Part shown: one piece after another, positions 26,310 to 32,550 of the stretch
Position numbering within the stretch: the stretch's first letter is position 1
Layout of the letters: each line of letters begins with the position of its first letter
From: a virus
Lineage: Duplodnaviria; Caudoviricetes
IMG/VR virus record: IMGVR_UViG_3300029891_000081
Span: 1-40,242 of that record
Reading direction: 5' to 3' (one strand)
Length of the DNA stretch: 40,242 bases
Notes under the pieces: generated by a model
Seen by the model: only the letters and a program-made list of their open reading frames with translations
What the model was told of the DNA's origin: nothing
Databases searched by the model: none
Position numbers and translations under genes: made by a program

Positions 26310-26882
26310 ATGACCCAGCTTTCCAATACCCAGACCCTGATCCTCGAGGCCGCGGCGGAACGTGAAACGCGCATCGCCCTGCCGCTACCCGAGACCCTGC
26401 GCGGCGGCGCGGCCGCAAAGGTGGTCGCCGCGATGCTCGCCAAGGGCCTCATCGAAGAGGTCGACGCGGAGCTGCGCGAGGGCGATCCCGTCTGGCGCGA
26501 GACCGGCGACGGGCACGGCGTCACGCTGGTCGCCACAGACGCAGGCCTCGCCGCCATCGGCATCGAGCCCGAGGACGCGAACCCCGCGCCTGCGGGCGCG
26601 ACGGACGCGCCGACCGAGGAGCCCGCGCCGGACACCCCCACCGAACCGAAGGCTGCGCCCAAGACGCACACGCCGCGCGAGGGCACCAAGCAGGCCACCC
26701 TGATCGCCATGCTGCGCGCGCCGGACGGCGCGACCATCGAGGAGATCGTCGCGGCCTTGGACTGGAGACCGCACACGGTGAGAGGCGCGCTTGCTGGCGC
26801 GCTGAAGAAGAAGCTCGGGCTCGAGGTGACCTCGGAGAAGGTCGAAAACCGGGGGCGGGTCTATAGCCTGCCGCGCGATTAG
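26310..26882 (+). CDS. DUF3489-domain protein (C-terminal wHTH)
   Basis: LSNTQ..IL.AAA.R, LP..L.GGA..KV, R.GTKQA.LI.ML....GATI.EI.....W..HTVRG..AG.LKKKLGL. GGGAG RBS. Confidence 0.88.
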   Translation: MTQLSNTQTLILEAAAERETRIALPLPETLRGGAAAKVVAAMLAKGLIEEVDAELREGDPVWRETGDGHGVTLVATDAGLAAIGIEPEDANPAPAGATDAPTEEPAPDTPTEPKAAPKTHTPREGTKQATLIAMLRAPDGATIEEIVAALDWRPHTVRGALAGALKKKLGLEVTSEKVENRGRVYSLPRD

Positions 26883-26908
26883 CGTCGCGCGCCACGCCAG
26901 TCGAACTG

Positions 26909-26931
26909 CCGCCGTCCCGCCGGGGCGGCGG
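26909..26931. terminator. GC-rich hairpin between convergent genes
   Basis: CCGCCGTCCC-GCC-GGGGCGGCGG; no clear U-tract. Confidence 0.4.
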
Positions 26932-26935
26932 TCGA

Positions 26936-27160
26936 TCATTTGACGCTCCGCATTCGGATCGCCTCGAACACCCGCCGCAGGGCGAAGGAACGCACTATCG
27001 ACACGATGGTGAAGATGGCGCCGATCGTCAGGTTCTGCGCCAGCGTCGTGTGCAGCCCGAAGATCGGGAAGATCAGGAGCTGGGTGACGACCGCAACGCC
27101 GTAGCCGACGATGACATTGGCGAGGGACTCCACCAGCGACATGAGGCGGGTCTGCTTCAT
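26936..27160 (-). CDS. Small two-TM phage membrane protein
   Basis: MKQTRLMSLVESLANV.VGY.VAV..Q...FP.FG......NL.IG..FT..S..RS..LRR.FE. GAGG RBS and ATGA overlap with the MTase alternative-frame stop. Confidence 0.8.
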   Translation of the reverse strand: MKQTRLMSLVESLANVIVGYGVAVVTQLLIFPIFGLHTTLAQNLTIGAIFTIVSIVRSFALRRVFEAIRMRSVK

Positions 27161-28341
27161 GCCGCCACCTCATCCATCGGCCAGCAGTTGAGCTGCCAGA
27201 GTTCGCAGCGCATGCGCCGCAACCAAGGGGACCACGCCGTTGCCGCAAAGGCGAAGCCGGTCGACCCGGTGGGCCAGCCCATCAGCGCCTCGACGAAGAG
27301 CGGGTTCAGCGTCCGGCGCGCATCGGAGGTATCGCTCCCAGCCATCGGCGTCACCAGGACCTGGCGGCCAAGCAGGCCGTTCACCGGCGTGTTGGCCAGA
27401 CTGGTCGCGCCATCCTTGTGATCGCGGGCCGTCGGCGTCATCCACATTCCCGCCGCATGGGTCAGGTCCGCTGTCCGCCGGTTGCCCGCACTCGGCTTGC
27501 AGCCGTCGTTCGCCATCGGCGTCGGCCAGTCCCGCACCATGCGGTCCAGACCCTTTTCGTTCTTCCGCGCGCCACCCCGGCTGCGGAAACTGTCGGTCTG
27601 TAGCGTCGGCCACATCGCGGCCGTCGTCGCCAGATTCATGCCGTGCAGGCCCGCTGCCTGCGATGGCGTCAGCTTCGTCTGCCGGTTCTCGTTGGCGCTG
27701 GCCCTCGGCGTCGGCCAGAGCCGCATCATTTCCGTCCGGTTCCCGCCACTCGACCGGGTGCCAGAGCAGGCGCGCGGGGTCGGCCAGCTCGTCCCCCTCG
27801 CGGATGGCGAGGATGAAGAGCCGCTCGCGCTTGTGGGGCGCGCCAACTTCCGCCGCCGTGAAGAGGCCTGCCGCAAGGCGGTAGCCCATGCCGACCAGTC
27901 CGCTGGCGACTTCGGGGAAGCCGAGGCGGAGATGATGGGCGACATTCTCGAGGAAGACGAAGGGCGGCTCGATCTCGCCGATGATCCGGGCGACATGCGG
28001 CCAGAGGTGGCGCGGGTCGTCGGCACCCCGGCGCTTGCCTGCGACAGAGAACGGCTGGCACGGATAGCCCGCAGTGACGATGTCCACCGCGCCGCGCCAC
28101 GGGCGGCCGTCGAAGGTGGCAACGTCGTCCCAGACAACAGCCCGATCCAGGGACGCGTCTTCCATCCGCGCCACGAGAGTGGCCGCGGCGTAGGTTTCCC
28201 GTTCGACATGGCCCACAGCACGATATCCGGGGACGGCGAGGACGAGCCCGAGGTCGAGCCCGCCTGCGCCGGAGCAGAGCGAGAGGCCGAAGAGGCATGC
28301 GTCTCCGGAAGCGTCTCCGGAGGAAGGTAAAGCCAGGTCAT
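27157..28341 (-). CDS. Overlapping +1-frame polypeptide (putative MTase beta subunit: TRD repeats plus motif IX); possible starts GTG 28350, ATG 28341 or internal
   Basis: Open for more than 390 codons on the same strand. Five W(P/M)T(P/L) repeats and LNPLFVEALMGWP. The stop overlaps the next gene's ATG. Confidence 0.72.
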   Translation of the reverse strand: MTWLYLPPETLPETHASSASRSAPAQAGSTSGSSSPSPDIVLWAMSNGKPTPRPLSWRGWKTRPWIGLLSGTTLPPSTAARGAARWTSSLRAIRASRSLSQASAGVPTTRATSGRMSPGSSARSSRPSSSSRMSPIISASASPKSPADWSAWATALRQASSRRRKLARPTSASGSSSSPSARGTSWPTPRACSGTRSSGGNRTEMMRLWPTPRASANENRQTKLTPSQAAGLHGMNLATTAAMWPTLQTDSFRSRGGARKNEKGLDRMVRDWPTPMANDGCKPSAGNRRTADLTHAAGMWMTPTARDHKDGATSLANTPVNGLLGRQVLVTPMAGSDTSDARRTLNPLFVEALMGWPTGSTGFAFAATAWSPWLRRMRCELWQLNCWPMDEVAA

Positions 28342-28345
28342 GCAT
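27170..28345 (-). CDS. C5 cytosine DNA methyltransferase, catalytic (alpha) polypeptide
   Basis: Motif I LCSGAGGLDLG, IV GYPCQPFS.AG, VI FLENV, VIII H.RER.F, X RL...GNGVVP. No motif IX or TRD in this frame. Confidence 0.9.
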   Translation of the reverse strand: MHDLALPSSGDASGDACLFGLSLCSGAGGLDLGLVLAVPGYRAVGHVERETYAAATLVARMEDASLDRAVVWDDVATFDGRPWRGAVDIVTAGYPCQPFSVAGKRRGADDPRHLWPHVARIIGEIEPPFVFLENVAHHLRLGFPEVASGLVGMGYRLAAGLFTAAEVGAPHKRERLFILAIREGDELADPARLLWHPVEWREPDGNDAALADAEGQRQREPADEADAIAGSGPARHESGDDGRDVADATDRQFPQPGWRAEERKGSGPHGAGLADADGERRLQAECGQPADSGPDPCGGNVDDADGPRSQGWRDQSGQHAGERPAWPPGPGDADGWERYLRCAPDAEPALRRGADGLAHRVDRLRLCGNGVVPLVAAHALRTLAAQLLADG

Positions 28346-28346
28346 G

Positions 28347-29717
28347 TCACGCGGCGGTCTTGCGCTTTCGCGCGGGTTCGGGGGCGGCGTCCGTTGCCGG
28401 GGCATCGGTCGGGGCATCAGCAGCCTCGCCGAGCCGCTCGGTCCTCACCTGCACGAAGGTCCGGCCATCACCGTCGAGGATCGCGTCTCGGCCGGTCTCT
28501 GCCTGCCAGCGCTCCACGGCGACATCGACATAGGCCGGGCTGATCTCCATCGCGAACACACGGCGGCCGTTGGCCTCGCCCGCCATGATCTGCGAGCCGG
28601 AGCCCGAAAAGGGTTCGTAACAAAGTCCGCCGCGCGCCACGTGCTGGCGCATCGGAATGCCGAAGGCGTCGAGCGGCTTCGGCGTCGGGTGGTCGGGCCG
28701 GTCATCCCTGGCGAAGCTGGGCAGTGGCCAAGTGGAGGCCAAAGTCTCCTCGGCGACCTTTGGCGGGCGGTTCGGGCGGCGCCAGCCCATGAAACAGGGC
28801 TCGTGCTTCCACAGGTAGTGGGACCGGGTCAGGACGCCGCGGTCCTTCACCCAGATGATCTGCTGGTGAACGAAGGCGCCAGCCTTCTCCCAGCAGGCTT
28901 CCAGCATCGCCTGGCGGCGCGAAGCGTGCCAGCAATACCAGGCGGCATTGTCGGCGATGGCTTCGGCCACGGCCGCCGCGATGAAGCCGTCGTAGAGCTC
29001 GGCGCCCTGCGAACTGTCGTCCCAGGACACGCCGTAGGACGGCGACCAATCCTTGTTCTGCGTCGGATGATTGGTACCGTCATAATCCACCAGATATGGC
29101 GGATCGGTCGCAAACAGGATCGCCCGCTCGCCATTCATCAGGCGGCGGACGTCGTCATGGTTCGTGCTGTTACCGCAGAGCAGCCGGTGATCGCCGAGGA
29201 TCCAGAGATCGCCGGTGCGTGAGGCCGGATTGCGCGGCGGTTCGGGGATGGTGACGGGCGGAACACCGGCGCCGCCTTCTTCACCGTCCCCCTCCGGCAC
29301 GAAGGCCAGCAGCTTGTCCAACTCGCCGTCGGAGAAGCCGACCAGCGACAGGTCGAAATCTTCGGCGAGCAGGTCGTTCAGTTCCGCCGACAGCAGCGCC
29401 TCGTCCCAGGTGCCGAGTTCGGTCAGCTTGTTGTCGGCGATGCGGTAGGCCCGCCGCTGCGCCTCGGTCAGATGCCCGAGCACGATCACCGGCGCCTCGG
29501 TCAGCCCGAGCTGCGTCGCCGCCAGCACCCGGCCATGGCCTGCGATCAGCTCGCCGTCCTCCGCGACGAGACAAGGCACGGTCCAGCCGAACTCGGCCAT
29601 GCTGGCCGCGATCTTCGCCACCTGGTCGGCCCCGTGCACCTTGGCGTTCTTCGCGTAGGGCTGCAGGCGCGCAAGCGGCCATTGCTCGATCCGCTCGGGG
29701 GCGAAGGCGAGGGTCAT
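28347..29717 (-). CDS. ParB-like N-terminal domain fused to an N6/N4 DNA methyltransferase (beta order)
   Basis: L.PYA.NAK.H...Q...IA.S..EFG, IAGHGR, ADNKL; then GDLW.LG.HRL.CG, TDPPY, HPT.KP, EPFSGSGS, E.SP.Y. Confidence 0.92.
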   Translation of the reverse strand: MTLAFAPERIEQWPLARLQPYAKNAKVHGADQVAKIAASMAEFGWTVPCLVAEDGELIAGHGRVLAATQLGLTEAPVIVLGHLTEAQRRAYRIADNKLTELGTWDEALLSAELNDLLAEDFDLSLVGFSDGELDKLLAFVPEGDGEEGGAGVPPVTIPEPPRNPASRTGDLWILGDHRLLCGNSTNHDDVRRLMNGERAILFATDPPYLVDYDGTNHPTQNKDWSPSYGVSWDDSSQGAELYDGFIAAAVAEAIADNAAWYCWHASRRQAMLEACWEKAGAFVHQQIIWVKDRGVLTRSHYLWKHEPCFMGWRRPNRPPKVAEETLASTWPLPSFARDDRPDHPTPKPLDAFGIPMRQHVARGGLCYEPFSGSGSQIMAGEANGRRVFAMEISPAYVDVAVERWQAETGRDAILDGDGRTFVQVRTERLGEAADAPTDAPATDAAPEPARKRKTAA

Positions 29718-29754
29718 GAGGATGATCCTGTTCGACAGGTTTCTGTCGGTCGCG

Positions 29755-29970
29755 GTGGATTCCAATGCGCGGAATCCAGCGGCTTCCGAACTGGACTCCG
29801 GGGTCCAGCAGGTATCCACCTGCGGGGTCCGGCCAGGCGTTTGATTTTACGAAGGTTTCAGGCGGTCTGGGGTGGATTCCGGCCGGGGTGGCTTCCCAAA
29901 AATCCGGCCCTGTCGCTGGCGATATGCCGCGCTTCGCCCGCCAGCATACGAAATCGCCCAGGAAGGACCC
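29755..29970 (-). other. Putative lambda-like cos site (cosQ-cosN-cosB)
   Basis: Minus strand GGGTCCT (29970-29964), then 22-mer TATGCTGGCGGGCGAAGCGCGG (29948-29927), then repeated GGA(A/G)(T/G)CCA-like boxes and an IHF-like AATCAAacgcCTG (29846-29834). Confidence 0.55.
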
Positions 29971-30032
29971 GGAAACTCGTCGGTCAGCGAGAGCAAGACC
30001 GCGCCGCGCGCGCCTCTCCCGAGGATAGCCAG

Positions 30033-30088
30033 AATCTACCGCAGAGACGGGCTTTTCGTCCCTTCGAAAAGTGTCCGGCGGACACTTT
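30033..30088 (-). promoter_or_regulatory. Putative late promoter with upstream palindromic activator site
   Basis: AAAGTGTCCG-G-CGGACACTTT (30068-30088) and a -10-like TAGATT (30038-30033) pointing toward cos and the late genes. Confidence 0.5.
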
Positions 30089-30112
30089 CCTCTTCGGTTC
30101 GCAAGACTGCGT

Positions 30113-30631
30113 TCATTCTCCGAGGAGCGATCGCAGATCTTTCATCAGCAGGAAGAGATGGTCCGGGTCCGTCGGGCTCGGCTCGAAGTCGAACCCCTCG
30201 TACCAGACGCGCGCTTCGTCATCCTTGGCATGCACGAGCAGTGCGCGGATGCCTGCAATGTCGGCCGCCTGGGCCGTGCGCAGCAGTGCATCCTTGAGCA
30301 ATGCCTTGCCCAGCCCCTTTCCCTGCTCGGATCGGTCGATGGCAAGACGAGCGAGGAGCATCACCGGGATCGGATGGCGGGCCAGTCCCTTGCTTACCCG
30401 TCCCGGCGCGTCGGCATGTTCGACAGCGCCGACCGCGAGGCTGTAATAGCCGACGACACGCTGTTCGCCGCGACAGACGACGTAGGTCTGGGCGCTACCG
30501 GCCTTTTGATTGCCAAGCGCGAACCGCTGTAGAAATAGATCGAGCGGGGCCTTCCCGCATGCGAACGCATCGACCTCGTGCGACGCGTTGAGCTTTTCGA
30601 CGGCGGAGAGCGGCTGTTCGTCCGTTGTCAC
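30113..30631 (-). CDS. GNAT acetyltransferase toxin (TacT/AtaT-like)
   Basis: F.CG...LD.FL...A, VVGYYSL, P.P..LLARLAID...QGKGLG..LL.DAL, LVHAKD. GTGA overlap with the antitoxin. Confidence 0.92.
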   Translation of the reverse strand: MTTDEQPLSAVEKLNASHEVDAFACGKAPLDLFLQRFALGNQKAGSAQTYVVCRGEQRVVGYYSLAVGAVEHADAPGRVSKGLARHPIPVMLLARLAIDRSEQGKGLGKALLKDALLRTAQAADIAGIRALLVHAKDDEARVWYEGFDFEPSPTDPDHLFLLMKDLRSLLGE

Positions 30632-30903
30632 TCAAGCACGCTCTTTTCGGCGAACAGTTTGGCAAGGCGCGGCTTTTTCGTCACCGGACGGTCGAGCACA
30701 TCCTGAAAGGCTTGCCACTGCGCGTCGTCCAGCCGGAACATGCGGCGATCGGCCAGCGCTTCCTCGGCGGCGTTTATGCCCGCTTCGAGCAGGAACTCCG
30801 TCACGTTCTTGTGCGAGGACGTGGCGGCACGCTGCAGCAGCGCCTTCATGGTCGGCGTAGTGCGCACTTCGATACGTTCGGACTTGGCTTCGGTGGCGGG
30901 CAT
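30628..30903 (-). CDS. DUF1778-family RHH antitoxin (TacA-like)
   Basis: K.ERIEVR.....K..L.RAA......V.EF.L......AE..L.....F.L....W..F...LD.P. AGGAG RBS. Confidence 0.92.
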   Translation of the reverse strand: MPATEAKSERIEVRTTPTMKALLQRAATSSHKNVTEFLLEAGINAAEEALADRRMFRLDDAQWQAFQDVLDRPVTKKPRLAKLFAEKSVLE

Positions 30904-30933
30904 GGCGGATCTCCTGTCGCACTCTCAATATCA

Positions 30934-30953
30934 TACGGACAACGTACGGACAA
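30934..30953 (-). promoter_or_regulatory. Putative operator of the GNAT/DUF1778 pair
   Basis: Direct repeat TACGGACAA at 30934-30942 and 30945-30953 in the short intergenic region. Confidence 0.5.
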
Positions 30954-30957
30954 GAAG

Positions 30958-31413
30958 TTAATCTGGAGGCCCGGTCTCGTCCTCGCAAGCCGCCTTGACC
31001 ATTTCGATGACATAGCGCCGTGACCGCAGTCGGGGGACCTTACGCTGGTTCAGCCGCCACGCGATCACGCACAGCGCGTAGAGCCAGTGCTCGTGAGCGG
31101 CGGAGCGCTGCAGCCCGACCGTCCAGCAGATCGTCTTCCAGCGCTCGCCATGGGCACGCAGCCAGAGGATCTTGCCGTCGATCGGATCGAGCCCTACCGT
31201 CCAGCTCAGCGTCTCCTCCATCCGGCTGATGGCGGCGGGTGACGGGATGATGCGCATCGGTTTTGGTTCCTGGCCCACCTTGTCGGCGAAGCTGTGGATG
31301 ATCTCCGGCCAGGTGTTGAAGTAGCCCTGCCGCCGGGGTTCGGGCAGACGCTTGAGAACCGACGCCGCTTCCGCCAGACGTTCCTCGACGAGGCTTGGTG
31401 TCCACTCGGTCAT
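30958..31413 (-). CDS. DUF6362-like HTH protein, putative late-gene regulator
   Basis: WT..LVE.RL.EAA..L.RLP.....GY...WP, PSP.AI.RM.E...W, ...W.RA....WK.IC. Occupies the lambda Q position. Confidence 0.7.
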   Translation of the reverse strand: MTEWTPSLVEERLAEAASVLKRLPEPRRQGYFNTWPEIIHSFADKVGQEPKPMRIIPSPAAISRMEETLSWTVGLDPIDGKILWLRAHGERWKTICWTVGLQRSAAHEHWLYALCVIAWRLNQRKVPRLRSRRYVIEMVKAACEDETGPPD

Positions 31414-31607
31414 CGGCGCGCCTCCTTCGACTTGTCGCGGTCGCCATAGAGCTTCTCGCCGAGTTGTCGGATCAGTTCGCGTTCGGGCCAGGTCAGACGG
31501 TCATCATCGAGAGAGACCGCGAGGACACGCTGCTCGCGCCAGCCCTCTCGCTTGACCTGCTCGGGATCGCGGCGCTGGCCGCCATAACCTCGTGGGGCCC
31601 ACCTCAC
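31410..31607 (-). CDS. Small phage hypothetical protein
   Basis: GTGA-coupled start; PRGYGG.RR.PE.VKR.GW.E...LAV..DD.RL.WPERE...QLG.KLYG. Confidence 0.7.
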   Translation of the reverse strand: MRWAPRGYGGQRRDPEQVKREGWREQRVLAVSLDDDRLTWPERELIRQLGEKLYGDRDKSKEARR

Positions 31608-32140
31608 AGCACACCTCCCCGGGTCTCCAGTGCCCAGAGCAGGAGCGCGATCGCATCGGCCTCGTTGTCGTCGGCGGGCTGGAACCCGCGCTGGCGCATC
31701 GCGGCGACCATGGCGGCCTTGTCGGCATTGCCCTTGCCGGTGGCGTGGCGCTTGATCGTGCCGACCGGAACGCCGCTGTACGGGATGCCTCGCAATTCGG
31801 CCCATGTCGTCAGCGTCGCGAGGAGACCTCCAAACACATGCGCCGCGTCGGTGCCCGCGTGGCGGCGGACTTCCTCGAACCAGATGGCGGCGACAGGCCC
31901 GGACAGCCGGTCAATCTCGGTCAGCCAGTTGGTGAAGCGCAGGTAGCGCATGCCGCCGCCGTCGAAGCGGCTGGGCCGGAAGGACACGGTGCCGCTGGTG
32001 ATCAGGCCGTCATGGCCGCGGATCGCCCAGCCGGTGGTGGTGCCGAGGTCGAGCGCGAGGATGGTGCTGCCCGCAGCCGCAGAGGCGACGAGTGCAGGTG
32101 GGCAGTCGGCTACAAGGAGGGGTGATGGATGCATGCTCAT
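31604..32140 (-). CDS. RuvC-like Holliday junction resolvase
   Basis: ILALDLGTTTGWA, FEEV, V.TIK..ATGKGNA.K, DDNEADAIAL. Start ATG 32140 or 32134. Confidence 0.85.
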   Translation of the reverse strand: MSMHPSPLLVADCPPALVASAAAGSTILALDLGTTTGWAIRGHDGLITSGTVSFRPSRFDGGGMRYLRFTNWLTEIDRLSGPVAAIWFEEVRRHAGTDAAHVFGGLLATLTTWAELRGIPYSGVPVGTIKRHATGKGNADKAAMVAAMRQRGFQPADDNEADAIALLLWALETRGGVL

Positions 32141-32199
32141 GCGGGTCGATCCTGTTCGAGTGTTGTCGGAGATGAGAGGTCCGGCACGCCATGCGCGCG

Positions 32200-32528
32200 C
32201 GAAGCCCCTGGGGGTGGGCGAGGGAGAACCCGCCTGCGGCGTTCTCCCCCACCCCCGAAGGGGGTGGCTTTCACCCCCTAAACTTGACGCCACCAGCAAA
32301 GCATTGAGGTGACAGGGGATTTTCCAGTTTGGGGAGCTTCCGAACGCCCTGCCGACCCAATCTGATTGCAGCGAAGCCGGTCTGGTCGCTGCGCAATTCT
32401 GAAGGGGTAGTTTCGGCAGCGCGCCCAATCTGGTCACAACTGGCCAGAGCGCAGTTCCGCGCGGTGATGACGGGGCAGTTTCGGGACCGCGCCCCATCTG
32501 GTTCAAACTGGTCAGCGCGCAATTCTGC
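32200..32528. repeat. Non-coding repeat and hairpin region after the primase-helicase; putative replication origin
   Basis: 57-nt imperfect direct repeats at 32404-32460 and 32472-32528 (46/57 identical by hand alignment), a degenerate third copy upstream, and the hairpin CCACCCCC-GAA-GGGGGTGG. Confidence 0.55.
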
Positions 32529-32550
32529 GGGAGGTGTTTCGCGCGGGCGG

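Noticed and set aside
27482-28330. Further ORFs over the MTase locus (27482-28330 plus strand, 27726-28298 minus strand)
   Set aside because: No motifs, RBS or translational coupling; expected by chance at this GC content.
27157-28350. C5 MTase as a frameshifted pseudogene or sequencing error
   Set aside because: Not favoured: it would need two compensating shifts, yet both frames are open end to end and coupled to neighbouring genes. Resequencing would exclude it formally.
27157-29717. Complete restriction-modification system
   Set aside because: No adjacent restriction endonuclease; both MTases appear to be orphans.
32404-32528. Direct repeats as a CRISPR array
   Set aside because: Only two or three long imperfect copies with an 11-nt gap and no repeat-spacer structure.
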